A stretch of 64,000 bases of DNA from an uncultured delta proteobacterium (lineage in GTDB: Bacteria > Desulfobacterota > Desulfomonilia > UBA1062). The notes below the pieces were generated by a model. The model saw nothing but the letters and a program-made list of their open reading frames with translations, searched no databases and was not told the DNA's origin. Below, in pieces: positions 49,903 through 60,499 of the stretch. The translations under genes and the position numbers were made by a program. Position 1 is the stretch's first letter, and every line of letters starts with the position of its first letter. The stretch lies in assembly GCA_963752595.1 (NCBI GenBank), contig CAVVYZ010000022.1:112043-176042 (forward strand), read 5' to 3'.

Positions 49903-51276
49903 ATGGATTTTTTCTTCAATCCGGACAGTATTGCGGTTATCGGGGCATCTGCCGACCCTGCAAAGGTCGGCTACTATATATTGAGGAACGCCATTGGCGG
50001 TTTTCAGGGAAAGATTTATCCGGTAAATCCGAGGTATGATTCCATTCTGGATCTCCCGTGTTATCCTGATGTCGAATCGATCCCGGAACCTTTCGAGCTG
50101 GCGATTTTCTTCATACCTGCCAGGTTTCTGCCCGATACGATACGCGCCTGCGCAAAGAAGGGAGTAAAGGGCATCATCATCGAATCTGCAGGATTCGCCG
50201 AAGTGGGAGATGCCGGGAAGCAGCTCCAGCAAGAGTCGGTGAGGCTTGCCGGTGAAAACAATATCAGGCTCTGGGGCCCGAACTGCATGGGGCTCATAGA
50301 CGGATACAAACGGCACGTCTTCTCTTTTTTAATGAATGACCAGATATGGGAACTCTTAAAACCCGGCAATGCTTCATTCATCGTCCAGAGCGGAATGCTC
50401 TCTGCCGGTTTTCTCCTGATGATGCTGGAGCGCGGCGGCATAGGGGTCTCCAAGATGTGCTCCATCGGAAACAAGTGCGACATCCAGGAGACCGAACTCC
50501 TCGAGTATCTCATCAATGATGATTCAACCGATGTTATCGGGATGTATGTCGAGTCCATCATCGATCCCAAAGGATTTATGGACCTTGCACGGTCAACCCG
50601 CAAACCTATCGTGCTTCTCAAAGGCGGGCAAAGCCCTGCCGGCGCCAAGGCGGCAGAGAGCCATACAGCCAGCATGGCCGGAAACCATGAGATCATGAGT
50701 CATGCCTTCCGCCAATGCGGAATCATAGAGGTGTTCGACATAAACGAGCTCATGGATTTTGTTCGCGGCTTTTCGAAAACACATTTGCTCTCGCATGATG
50801 CAGGCACTGCCATCGTTTCATTCTCAGGGGCAGGAGGGATCATTACCTCGGACATGCTCCATAAAAAAGGGCTGCCTGTTGCCGAACTGAGTGAGGAGAG
50901 CCTCAAAGCCCTTGAAGAGATCTTCCCGGAATGGATGGCGCCCTCGCATCCTGTGGACATCTGGCCTGCTATCGAGAAGTATGGTTATGAAAAGGTGTAT
51001 TCACGGGCTATCGAGATCCTCATGAACGACCCAAAGGTGGATTCTCTCATCATCCATCTCTTTGCAAGCAGGATGAAGCTCGAGCATATCATCAACCTGG
51101 TCAGCATGAAGGATGTTCACGGCAAACCGGTCATTGCCTGGATCACCGGCAACGGCGAGAAGCTTCACACCTTCAAGCAGGAGTTGGAGGATGTGGGAAT
51201 CCCTGTTTTCGAGGAAATGACGAGAGGTGTTGATTTCCTGGCTGCATTGAAGAGGTATTTTCATTCTGCACCCTGA
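49903..51276 (+). CDS. NDP-forming acyl-CoA synthetase, alpha subunit (CoA-binding)
   Basis: SIAVIGAS, YPVNP, GFAE, WGPNCMG, QSG, SHTASMAG phospho-His motif; no ATP-grasp domain. Confidence 0.88.
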   Translation: MDFFFNPDSIAVIGASADPAKVGYYILRNAIGGFQGKIYPVNPRYDSILDLPCYPDVESIPEPFELAIFFIPARFLPDTIRACAKKGVKGIIIESAGFAEVGDAGKQLQQESVRLAGENNIRLWGPNCMGLIDGYKRHVFSFLMNDQIWELLKPGNASFIVQSGMLSAGFLLMMLERGGIGVSKMCSIGNKCDIQETELLEYLINDDSTDVIGMYVESIIDPKGFMDLARSTRKPIVLLKGGQSPAGAKAAESHTASMAGNHEIMSHAFRQCGIIEVFDINELMDFVRGFSKTHLLSHDAGTAIVSFSGAGGIITSDMLHKKGLPVAELSEESLKALEEIFPEWMAPSHPVDIWPAIEKYGYEKVYSRAIEILMNDPKVDSLIIHLFASRMKLEHIINLVSMKDVHGKPVIAWITGNGEKLHTFKQELEDVGIPVFEEMTRGVDFLAALKRYFHSAP

Positions 51277-51278
51277 TA

Positions 51279-51319
51279 CCCTCTCCTCCGTTTTCGGGGG
51301 AGTGGGATGGGAGAGGGGG
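51279..51319. repeat. CCCTCTCCC-type repeat, degenerate copy 6
   Basis: CCCTCTCCTCCG-TTTT-CGGGGGAGTGGG-ATGGGAGAGGGGG. Confidence 0.7.
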
Positions 51320-51329
51320 TTTCGAGAAA

Positions 51330-52037
51330 ATGACAGGGATGAAAGATAGGATATTCATCCACCAAAGGTTCTGCGGGCCTCCGGATTCGGGAAACGGTGG
51401 GTATGTGTGCGGTCTGGTCGCGCAGCATCTGGAAGGGGTTGCCGAAGTCAGGCTTCATAAGCCTCCTCCTCTTGAAAGGCCCCTGGATGTCGAGGTCACC
51501 CACGATAGCAGGGTTCTTCTGAAAGACGGAGAAACAATCATTGCCCAGGGAAAACACTCGATCCTTAGCCTTGATCTCCCTTCCCCACCCTCGTTTGATC
51601 AGGCCCGTGAAGCATCAAAATATTATGTAAGCGAAAAAGATCACTTCTTCCCAACATGCTTTGTGTGCGGACCGGCGCGCAGCATAAAGGATGGTCTTCG
51701 CATCTTCCCAGCCCTGCTTCCGAATAAAACCATGGTCGCTTCTGCCTGGGTTCCTGATGAAACCCTGGACGATGAGACATCCCATGTTAGGCGGGAATTC
51801 GTCTGGGCCTCTCTGGACTGTCCGGGGGCTTTTGCCGTTTTAGGCTCGGCTATAAGGCCGATCGTTCTCGGATCTCTCACTGCCGACATTATCAAGTGCC
51901 CTGCTATCGGCCAGAGATGCATAGCCATCGGCTGGGAGATTGGTGCACAGGGAAGGAAACGCTCGGCAGGGACAGCCCTCTTTTCCGATACAGGTGAAAT
52001 CCTCGCAAAGGCCCAGGCTGTCTGGATCGAGATCTGA
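51330..52037 (+). CDS. Double hot-dog fold (thioesterase-like) protein
   Basis: FCGPPDSGNGGY, CFVCG, WASLDCPG, GRKRSAGTAL. Confidence 0.7.
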   Translation: MTGMKDRIFIHQRFCGPPDSGNGGYVCGLVAQHLEGVAEVRLHKPPPLERPLDVEVTHDSRVLLKDGETIIAQGKHSILSLDLPSPPSFDQAREASKYYVSEKDHFFPTCFVCGPARSIKDGLRIFPALLPNKTMVASAWVPDETLDDETSHVRREFVWASLDCPGAFAVLGSAIRPIVLGSLTADIIKCPAIGQRCIAIGWEIGAQGRKRSAGTALFSDTGEILAKAQAVWIEI

Positions 52038-52047
52038 CAGTTAAACT

Positions 52048-52643
52048 ATGGAATGGTTCTTTCTTGCACTTCCGGCTGCGTTCAGCCTGGCAACTGCGGA
52101 TGCGTTAACCAAGAAGTTTTTCAGCAAGCTCAGTGCCTATGAGATGGGCATCACCAGGCTTAGCTATACGATTCCCTGGCTTGTTCTCGCTCTGTTCTTC
52201 ATCCCCATGCCCTATCTTGACCGAACCTTTTTCTTGAGCTTTGCAGCAGCGCTTCCCCTGGAGGCCCTTGCATTCATCAGCTACATGAGGGCAATCAAGG
52301 TCTCGCCCCTTTCACTCACCCTGCCCTTCCTTTCCTTCACCCCTCCATCACGTCGACGCTCGGCAAGCTCGGCGTACTCCATTCAAGTCCCTATTTCTTT
52401 GGAATAAGCTATTACATCGTCTTTGCCTTGTTCATGCTCTCTTTCCTGCCTTTCGTACGCGAGGCAAGGGCCAAGAGCCTTTTCATGAACCCATTGGCCG
52501 GCTTGGCTGTGGGTGCGGCCATGGCCTTGATGGTCTTTTCTCATATGCTCGCCATATCCATGGTCGAGGCTGCATACATGATATCGATCAAGCGCACGAG
52601 CATCGTTTTCGGCGTGCTCCTGATCGGATGGTTCGGCCATTGA
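52048..52643 (+). pseudogene. EamA/DMT transporter with internal deletions
   Basis: First half ends ...SPLSLTLPFLSFTP, then jumps out of frame to SITSTLGKLGVLHSS of the second EamA repeat. The C-terminus is also shortened. Confidence 0.7.
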
Positions 52644-52726
52644 TCAAAGATCTTGATTCGCCTTTCATTTCCCTATAGGAAGGAATCGATACACTCATTT
52701 CCAATTTTTTCTATTAAGGGGTTCAT

Positions 52727-54079
52727 ATGAAGATTTGCATGATCGGCAGCGGCTACGTTGGGCTCGTAACAGGCGCTTGCTTCTCTGAAATGGGAAACGA
52801 TGTCATATGCGTGGATGAAAACGTAGAAAAAATCGAGATGCTCAAAAAAGGTGTTGTACCGATCTATGAGCCCGGCCTGAAGGAAATAATAGAAAGAAAT
52901 GTCCAGGGAGGCCGACTGAGCTTCACCACAAGCCTTGCAGACGGCGTAGCGAAATGTCAGATCTGCTTTATCGCCGTTGGTACCCCTCAGGATAAGGATG
53001 GCTCTGCAGATTTAAAATATGTGCTCCAGGTTGCCCGCCAGATCGGCTCTCTCATGGAAGGATATAAAGTCATTGTCGACAAATCCACGGTTCCGGTGGG
53101 CACTGCGGATAAAGTTCGCGAGGCGGTCAAGGAAGAGCTGATCAAGAGAAACCTGGCGAGCATCGAGTTTGACATTGTCTCGAACCCGGAATTTCTCAAG
53201 GAGGGCAATGCCATACAGGATTTCATGCGGCCCGAGCGGGTCGTTGTCGGCACCGACAATGTCAGGACGGCCGCCCTTTTCAAGGAGCTTTACGATCCGT
53301 TTGTGCGCACCACCAACAACCCGGTGCTCATTATGGATGTGAAAAGCGCAGAGCTCACCAAGTATGCATCGAACGCCTTTCTGGCAACAAAGGTTTCGTT
53401 CATCAATGAGCTTGCAATCCTCTGCGATACGGTCGGGGCGGACATATCCCAGGTCAGGGAAGGCATGGGCACGGATTCACGGATCGGCCCGAGATTCCTG
53501 CTTGCCGGGCCCGGATATGGCGGCTCATGCTTCCCGAAGGACGTCCTTGCCCTGATTCATACTGCAAAGGTGCACGGCCACTCGCTGCAGATCTGCCGGG
53601 CAACGCATGAGGCCAACCAGCGGCAGAAGGCATATTTTGCCGAAAGAATCATCAATTATTACGTCGATCAGAAGGCAGACCTCTCAAAGGTCGTGATTGC
53701 CGTGTGGGGCCTGACCTTCAAACCCAAGACCGATGACATCAGGGAAGCTCCTGCCCTCGATATCATAGCCAGGCTCCTTGAAAAAGGCATGAAGGTAAGG
53801 GTTTACGACCCTGTCGGCATGGAAAATGCTCGCGCGGAGCTCGGTGATGCGGTCTTTTACGCAAAAGACAATTACGAGGTGCTTGAGGGCGCAGACGGTC
53901 TGGCGATCGTTACCGAATGGAACCTCTTCAAGAGTCCGGACTTTGATAAAATGAAAGGACTCATGAAAAGGCCCATCGTGTTTGACGGCAGAAACATCCT
54001 CAACATAACCGATATCAGAAACAAAGGCTTCACCTATTTCGGCATAGGAAAGGGCGCCGATTCACCGTTCATCTGCTGA
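52727..54079 (+). CDS. ugd: UDP-glucose 6-dehydrogenase
   Basis: GSGYVGL, KSTVPVGT, SNPEFLKEG, GYGGSCFPKD, FKPKTDDIRE. Confidence 0.95.
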   Translation: MKICMIGSGYVGLVTGACFSEMGNDVICVDENVEKIEMLKKGVVPIYEPGLKEIIERNVQGGRLSFTTSLADGVAKCQICFIAVGTPQDKDGSADLKYVLQVARQIGSLMEGYKVIVDKSTVPVGTADKVREAVKEELIKRNLASIEFDIVSNPEFLKEGNAIQDFMRPERVVVGTDNVRTAALFKELYDPFVRTTNNPVLIMDVKSAELTKYASNAFLATKVSFINELAILCDTVGADISQVREGMGTDSRIGPRFLLAGPGYGGSCFPKDVLALIHTAKVHGHSLQICRATHEANQRQKAYFAERIINYYVDQKADLSKVVIAVWGLTFKPKTDDIREAPALDIIARLLEKGMKVRVYDPVGMENARAELGDAVFYAKDNYEVLEGADGLAIVTEWNLFKSPDFDKMKGLMKRPIVFDGRNILNITDIRNKGFTYFGIGKGADSPFIC

Positions 54080-54304
54080 TCCGCCCTGCGCTTCTTGGCA
54101 GGAAAACAACATATAAATTCGCGGCTGAAAGGGCCGGATCGATATTGTCATCCGGTGTAATCAATATACTGAGGCCGGATAGATATGATGAAGTAGAGGC
54201 CGTCAAAAAGTAATGGTTGTCCCCGCGATCATTTTTTGGAATAATTCTGTTTGATCATATCACTACATATTGTGGTGAATAGAAGATGAAAGGAGGGCCG
54301 TCCG

Positions 54305-55390
54305 ATGACCGGAGCCAGGACAAAAAGAACCGATGTCGGCATGAAGAGCACAAAGCAGGAGCTTCTCGATGCCTATAATGAGGTGTTGGAGGAGCTGGAA
54401 GAAACAAATAAGGCCGAGCTCAAGCCGGAGAAGAAGATCGAGGAGAAGAAGAAGCAGGAGGTCGTTCTTGCCGTGAGCGATGTCACCATGGAAGGCGTGG
54501 CTCACAACATCAAAAACCTGAAAACCGATATCGATCGCAACCTTTCCCAACTCCTGGAAAGGCTCGAGTCTGAGGTGAAGAAGCTGGCCGATATCCAGGC
54601 AGCGATCAGCATCAGGGATGCCGAGCTCAAGGAAATATATGAGATCGACAGGTCTGCAAGCTCACTTGCCGCACTGATCGAGGCCAACAACCGAAAAAAC
54701 CGCGTCTTTGAAGAGGAGCTTGAGCAGAAAAGAACAAACCTCCTTGGCGAGATAGAAGAAACCCGCCGGAAATGGGACCAGGAAAAGGCCCTGCACGCAG
54801 CCGAAGCAAAGGAGCAGAAAGAGCAGGAAGCACGGCAGAGGCAAAGAGAGAAAGAAGAGTATCTGTATTCAATCCAGAGAGAGCGCCAGATCGAGAAAAA
54901 CAGGCTTGAGGATGAAAAGGCTCAGCTCCTTTCTGAAAAGCAGGCCCTTGAGACCGAGATCAAGGCCATGCGCGAGGCTGCTGAAAAAGAGCTCGAAGAG
55001 AGAAGAAAGGCCATTGCCGAAAAGGAGACGGAGTTCCAGGAGCTGAGAAAACGCTCGGAAGCATTCCCCAAAGAGCTCGAATCCGCTGTCGCCAGGGCTT
55101 CCAAGGAAACATCCGACAAGCTCAAGCTGGAGTCGGACTATCAGGCAAGCATCCTCAAGCAGCAGTTTGCGGGGGAAAAGAACGTGCTGCTTACGCGCAT
55201 CGAGGCCCTGGAGAAAAGCGTGAAGGACCAGACCGAGCAGATCTCGAAGCTCTCAAGGCTTCAGGAGGCCGCTTACCAGAAGGTGCAGGACGTTGCGGTA
55301 AAGGCCATCGAGGGCGCCTCGAAGCTGGGCTCGTTTTCCGGCCTTCAACAGGCCCTTTCCGAGCAGGGGAGAAAATCGAATTCAGATTAG
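54305..55390 (+). CDS. Long coiled-coil hypothetical protein
   Basis: 361 aa, E/K/Q/R-rich, almost no Pro or Gly; RBS AAAGGAGG. Confidence 0.85.
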   Translation: MTGARTKRTDVGMKSTKQELLDAYNEVLEELEETNKAELKPEKKIEEKKKQEVVLAVSDVTMEGVAHNIKNLKTDIDRNLSQLLERLESEVKKLADIQAAISIRDAELKEIYEIDRSASSLAALIEANNRKNRVFEEELEQKRTNLLGEIEETRRKWDQEKALHAAEAKEQKEQEARQRQREKEEYLYSIQRERQIEKNRLEDEKAQLLSEKQALETEIKAMREAAEKELEERRKAIAEKETEFQELRKRSEAFPKELESAVARASKETSDKLKLESDYQASILKQQFAGEKNVLLTRIEALEKSVKDQTEQISKLSRLQEAAYQKVQDVAVKAIEGASKLGSFSGLQQALSEQGRKSNSD

Positions 55391-55602
55391 CGAGCTCACC
55401 ATATACGAGATGGAATACCATATCTTATCATATACTGCGAATATGGTGTACAAATGAAGATCCGCAATGCATTCTCGGGCTGAGGGGGCACACCCCCTAT
55501 TCAACCCGATCCGTGGCCATATGCACTTGATACTGAGTGACGTTTGCGTACATAATTTTGCCGAAAGAATTCATCTGCTGATTCCCGCCGTACTCAGCCT
55601 GC

Positions 55603-55651
55603 AAATAAAAATGAGCTGCCCTTGACGTTGAAAGCAGCAGGGCAGCTCATT
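55603..55651 (-). terminator. Intrinsic terminator downstream of the C1 peptidase
   Basis: 13-bp stem AATGAGCTGCCCT/AGGGCAGCTCATT followed by TTTATTT on the minus strand. Confidence 0.65.
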
Positions 55652-55731
55652 CGTTGTTGCCGTTACAGCCGTACATTCACCGTAGCACGGCACTTTATCC
55701 TTGGACAGATGCGGCTGACCGGCGTTTGTGA

Positions 55732-56667
55732 TCAATCTTCCAGCCTGAACTCTCCGGTATCTATCCATTCATTCTTGAGAATGGTCCACCAGTCGACAGC
55801 CAGCCCCTGAAGCACATACTCATACGGGAGCCAGCCATAGCCCTTGTCTCCCCATCCCTTGCCCCATGAATTCCGTATCAATAAGCCGCCGGTCGTTGTT
55901 CCCTTACGAGAGGACTTATTCTCGATCTTCATTTTATCATCGTATCCAACGGCCATGATTGCATGACCCCCCAGGAGCTTTTCCCCTTTGCCCGGAAATG
56001 GTATCTTTCCATCGTCATCTGCCTGGGAAATGGAATCATACACTGAAAACCCGAACATCGAGGGTATCTTTGCCGCGAGATTGGTTTTGATCTGCCGCAG
56101 CACCTGATCTTTGGACTTGAGCGGAGGATCGAGCCTTAAGTACTGCAGCGTCTGATAATTCTGCGCGAATGAATAGCAAAAGGCGGTAGGCTCTTTATCG
56201 AAGTCATTGATAGTGTAAGGCCAGTACTCCTCGGGTGGAACACCGAAGAGGATCATTGCCTCCATGGTGGACCTCAGGTAGGCCCCGGTATCCCCTTTCA
56301 TGTGCATGAGATTCCGAGTAGACTTGTAGAGAAAAAGGCGGGATGCATCGATGTGCTTTCCGAATGCCTTGCGCTCATAATACTCAATGAGCCCGATGCC
56401 GGCATGGGCAGTGCACGACCCCACATTATCCTGATCCTCAACCGGCGCACACCACTTTCTCAAATCAACGGATGCGGGAACTTTCGCCTTTGCAGGATCT
56501 GTAGCCCCTGCCTTTGCAAGCATATCATGGGGAGACTCCTTCTGGTTCAGGCGTAAAAGCCTGCGCGGTACGCTCGTGGTCTCGACCGTGTAATCACGAA
56601 TGTCCGGATAGTCGGGAAGCCACCCCATGACCCGAGAAACACTACTTTTCTCCTGATTCTTTTCCAT
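55732..56667 (-). CDS. Papain-like (C1 family) cysteine peptidase
   Basis: SVDLR, DQDNVGSC, GGHAIMAVGY, RNSWG..WGDKGY. Confidence 0.93.
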   Translation of the reverse strand: MEKNQEKSSVSRVMGWLPDYPDIRDYTVETTSVPRRLLRLNQKESPHDMLAKAGATDPAKAKVPASVDLRKWCAPVEDQDNVGSCTAHAGIGLIEYYERKAFGKHIDASRLFLYKSTRNLMHMKGDTGAYLRSTMEAMILFGVPPEEYWPYTINDFDKEPTAFCYSFAQNYQTLQYLRLDPPLKSKDQVLRQIKTNLAAKIPSMFGFSVYDSISQADDDGKIPFPGKGEKLLGGHAIMAVGYDDKMKIENKSSRKGTTTGGLLIRNSWGKGWGDKGYGWLPYEYVLQGLAVDWWTILKNEWIDTGEFRLED

Positions 56668-56870
56668 TCTGTACCTCCTCGTTAAATTTAAAAAATAGCA
56701 ATGTGATTAAATGGTTGTTCTCTCAGGTAGATGACACATTGGCACCAATCAATATATTTTATAACTCAGGACTCACAGCCTTTCAACAAATTTGTAAGTT
56801 ATCTCTCGTCCTGATGTATAGTTCATGGTTATTTTAGCATTTGTAACGGCATCTGATGCCAATAAGGCTC

Positions 56871-57245
56871 TCAGATTGAGCACATGAGGATGTCAAGTAT
56901 CCTTGACGATGATTTACCGTCCCATTTCGGGGGGACTGCATATGAATCGGGCTTTGCCCGCATGCATTTCTTATACGAGCTAAGAATTGATTCCTTTTTG
57001 TGCCTGCCAGAATATATGAACCGACCTGAGCCGTGATCGGACGCTCGGTATTTTCCCTCAACGTCAGGCATCGAACTTCAAAGCAGTAGTATCCTCCTGG
57101 AGTTCGTCGCTATCGGTAAGAACTACGACAGCATCCTTCCATAGGAACAATGATTCCTTGAGGGCCAGGGGAGGAAGCTGGATAATATTTTCAGACAGAC
57201 CGATCCCGTGCACCTTCGTCCTTTTCTGCGTCCTCAGGTGAACAT
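56871..57245 (-). pseudogene. Remnant of UDP-N-acetylglucosamine 2-epimerase (wecB-like), C-terminal part
   Basis: Fragments LWKDAVVVLTDSDELQEDTT, RENTERPIT and PPKWDGKSSSRI in different frames. The N-terminal two thirds are missing. Confidence 0.8.
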
Positions 57246-57410
57246 GGTCTGAAGTTTTTTAATATGGTCTTTGAATTTTTTGACCTTGCTTCCACCGAAG
57301 TGACTTCACGCTGTTACCAAATGACCGGGGAATTGTCTTCCATTTCGAATGTATGCCCCTGAATTTGAAAATATTCTTGGAATATAAACTTACCCAAGGA
57401 TGGTCGCTTA

Positions 57411-58928
57411 CTATTGCATTCTCGAGCCATTTTTTCTGTAAAGCTTGAATTTAGCATTCTCGAATATTTGGTTTGCAATGGAGTTGTTTTTATTGAGCAA
57501 CATGTCCACCTCGTCATTTTTTTTGCAGGCTATATATTCTGCTTTTGAAGCCATGATTCTGCTGAGGTTGGATAGCGCTATCGATCTCCTGCTTGTATAG
57601 AGTGTTATTGCTCTTGGCTTATAGAAGATGATGATATTATTATTATTGGTGTATTTTATTATATACCCGATAAGCTCGATGCTGTCTTTCGAGTAAGGCC
57701 CTTCCATAACTTCGTCCCGATGTTTCATATTGTAAATTGCACTCGAAATGGTTGTCAGGCCGAAAACCAATATAATAGCGATACTGAAAATTAACATGAA
57801 ATTTATTTTGATATATCTGCTCAAGATAGGGATCTGGAATGAAATCTTTATCTCACTCAGGCCAGCTATGAAGAAAAAGAGATAAAAGGGCAGTATGGGG
57901 AATAAGAATCGTATCCCTTGGACGCCCGGCCATATGACATAGATGATCAATAGAAAGGCTGAGAAAATGATAAAATGGTAATTCCCCCTGAATTCCTTCA
58001 ACACTCCAAAGCATACAAATGGAAAGGATGCAAGATAAAGGACCCTGCCTAGAAATATGAAAGTTGGGCTCATGGCCTCAGTAAAAAATACGCCGGGCAG
58101 TTTCATGTAGTATACGACATTGTTCATGATCGTATTCACGTTTATCAAGCTCAGCTGATCAATGTATGAGCTCGAGCTTTCTGATGGAAGAAGCCTGCCT
58201 GCGATAAGGGTCAATGCAAGGAATATGACGTAGGGAGTGGCATGTTTGAGGTCTCTCCGCGTGAAGATGGAGGAGTCCCTTATGGCATGTGCGTTCTCGA
58301 TGCATTGGATGAGGAATAAGGTGGGAAGGAGTACTATCCCATTTGAGCGGATGAAGCATGAAGCGAATATCGAGGCGCCGATGAGAATGTTGCTGATCAT
58401 TTCACTATGAAACAGCCTTTTCTCGATGGTGAATCGCTGCATGAAGAAGATGGAGAGCAGGCAAAAAAACATGAACGGGAAGTCAGATGTGACATTGTCC
58501 TTGAACAAGAAAAACGACGGACTGAGGCCCAGAATTAGAATGATAAGAAACGCCTGAGACCTCTCTACCCTGTTTCTGAACATATAAAAGAGAACCGGAA
58601 GGGAAAGCAGGAAAAAGAGGCTGGTAAACAGCTTCATGGGAAGGAGACCCAGCCCGAAAAAGTCGTAAACGCCGCTGAGCAGTAGGGGGTAACCCCATGG
58701 GTACAGGACAGGTCCAAGGTTTTTGATGTCGGAGTTGTGAAACCGGTAACGGGATATCTCCAAGAGCCTGTCGATATTTCCGTCCACAATGCTCCTGGCC
58801 TGTGCGACATACTGCGAGAAATCGTCGCCCCAGCTGTGGCCGTTCCTTAAGCCGATCAGATAGAGAAGGAGGAAGGCTGCAAAGATAAAGATGAGCAGGA
58901 AGAGATCATTTCTCTTCTTTTGATTCAT
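57411..58928 (-). CDS. Polytopic membrane glycosyltransferase (GT-C, ArnT/PMT-like)
   Basis: WGDDFSQY first-loop [29 protein letters not shown]; many TM helices. Confidence 0.8.
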   Translation of the reverse strand: MNQKKRNDLFLLIFIFAAFLLLYLIGLRNGHSWGDDFSQYVAQARSIVDGNIDRLLEISRYRFHNSDIKNLGPVLYPWGYPLLLSGVYDFFGLGLLPMKLFTSLFFLLSLPVLFYMFRNRVERSQAFLIILILGLSPSFFLFKDNVTSDFPFMFFCLLSIFFMQRFTIEKRLFHSEMISNILIGASIFASCFIRSNGIVLLPTLFLIQCIENAHAIRDSSIFTRRDLKHATPYVIFLALTLIAGRLLPSESSSSYIDQLSLINVNTIMNNVVYYMKLPGVFFTEAMSPTFIFLGRVLYLASFPFVCFGVLKEFRGNYHFIIFSAFLLIIYVIWPGVQGIRFLFPILPFYLFFFIAGLSEIKISFQIPILSRYIKINFMLIFSIAIILVFGLTTISSAIYNMKHRDEVMEGPYSKDSIELIGYIIKYTNNNNIIIFYKPRAITLYTSRRSIALSNLSRIMASKAEYIACKKNDEVDMLLNKNNSIANQIFENAKFKLYRKNGSRMQ

Positions 58929-60489
58929 GATACTCTTCCTCTGTGTTGATCTGCCATACATTCTCTTTCGAAACATATCCCTTCATGATGTTTTCCACTG
59001 CCGTCATTGCTGTCAGCATGGAGTGATCGGCATTATTGTACTTGTGCATTCCGTTCCTTCCTATCAGGAACAGGTTCTCGTAACCGTCTACATACTCCCT
59101 GACCACGGGGAAGCGTTCATAGGTCCCGAAATATGCAGGATAGGTCTTTGGCATTCTGATGACCACGTGGTCCAGCACGTCTCCCTTCTCGATTATGTCT
59201 ATCTTTGCGAGCTCATCGATGGCGAACCGGGCGAACTCCTCGTCAGACTTGCTCCACAGCCAGTCTCCCTCGTTGCAGAAATATTCCAGTCCGATCCATA
59301 CATTATCTGGGTCCTTGACCATATACGGGCTCCAATTGTTGAATATCTGCAGCCTCCCGAGCCTAACGTCCCGCTCCTGGATGTAAATCCAGTTATCCGG
59401 GACAATGTTCTTGATCGTCTTCTCCCTGGTTTCATTCTTTATCTTTAGCTTCTTCAAGAGAAGGCCTACCGTAATGAAATCCCGATAGATAAGGCCATCT
59501 GCTACCTCCTTGACTTCCTGGGGCGGGCTCGGGTTCATACCCTGAATGAGTTCCTTTATCGGCATTGTCGAGAATAGGTAATCAGCAGTTACAGCGGTTA
59601 CCTCCTTTGTTTCCCTGCCAAGTACTTTTACCCCCCGTACCTTGCCATCACTGGTATCAATTCCTACCACTTTGGTGTTGAGATAGATCTCGCCGCCCTT
59701 TTCCTTGATTCGGGCTGCAACCTCCTCCCACAACTGGCCCGGCCCAAGCTTAGGATACATGAATTGCTCTATCAGAGATGTCTCCGTATTTTTCTGATGA
59801 ATGGAGGTGTCTTTCGACAAGGCACTCTTTACCGCATGAAATATTGCCTTTGTAATGGACAGTCCTTTTACCCTCTGTGCTCCCCAGTCCGGCTGTATCT
59901 CCCTGCAGGGCACGCCCCAGACCTTTTCTGTATAATCCTTGAAAAAGGTTTCGTAGAGCTCACGGCCGAATCTGTTGATGAAGAAGTCTTCAAGTGAAGC
60001 TTCATTCTTGATTGGAAAGAGTGCGGACCAGATGTAGCTGAACCCTGCCCTCATTGTGCGGATAAGACCGAGATTCTTGAACGTGGCGATCTTTAGGGAA
60101 ATCGGATAATCGAAAAAAGACCTCAGGAAGAAGATTCTCGAGACTCTGCCTCTGATCAGCATAACTTTGTCTGTCTTCTCTGGATCGGCAGCTTGGAGTG
60201 CCTGGGACAGGTTCAGGCGTCTCTTCAGGATTATGTCGTCACGCGCCGGTGCACCCTGCGGTGGAAGGATGTTCTGCCACCATTGCATGACGGCGTCCGA
60301 TTTTGAGAAGAACCTGTGCCCGCCAATATCGATTCTGTTGCCCTTGAAGTTCACTGTTTTCGATATGCCGCCGATATCCGATGTCATCTCGTATATGACC
60401 GGTTTGATATCGGTCTTGCTCAGGAGCTCGAAAGCTGCAGTCAGACCTGCAGGCCCTGCACCAATAATGATGGCTGTTTTCTTATCCAT
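58906..60489 (-). CDS. FAD-dependent oxidoreductase, UDP-galactopyranose-mutase/PPOX-like
   Basis: GAGPAG dinucleotide fold, [37 protein letters not shown]. Confidence 0.85.
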   Translation of the reverse strand: MDKKTAIIIGAGPAGLTAAFELLSKTDIKPVIYEMTSDIGGISKTVNFKGNRIDIGGHRFFSKSDAVMQWWQNILPPQGAPARDDIILKRRLNLSQALQAADPEKTDKVMLIRGRVSRIFFLRSFFDYPISLKIATFKNLGLIRTMRAGFSYIWSALFPIKNEASLEDFFINRFGRELYETFFKDYTEKVWGVPCREIQPDWGAQRVKGLSITKAIFHAVKSALSKDTSIHQKNTETSLIEQFMYPKLGPGQLWEEVAARIKEKGGEIYLNTKVVGIDTSDGKVRGVKVLGRETKEVTAVTADYLFSTMPIKELIQGMNPSPPQEVKEVADGLIYRDFITVGLLLKKLKIKNETREKTIKNIVPDNWIYIQERDVRLGRLQIFNNWSPYMVKDPDNVWIGLEYFCNEGDWLWSKSDEEFARFAIDELAKIDIIEKGDVLDHVVIRMPKTYPAYFGTYERFPVVREYVDGYENLFLIGRNGMHKYNNADHSMLTAMTAVENIMKGYVSKENVWQINTEEEYHESKEEK

Positions 60490-60499
60490 ATGATTCCTC

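Noticed and set aside
35908-51319. G/C-rich repeats read as a CRISPR array
   Set aside because: Dispersed, variable, without regular spacers, and no cas genes.
55474-55575. Hairpin at about 55475-55508 and a GGCAAA...ACGCAAA stretch suggesting a c-di-GMP-I riboswitch
   Set aside because: The spacing is too short for the GAAA-tetraloop stem, and the site lies between convergent gene ends.
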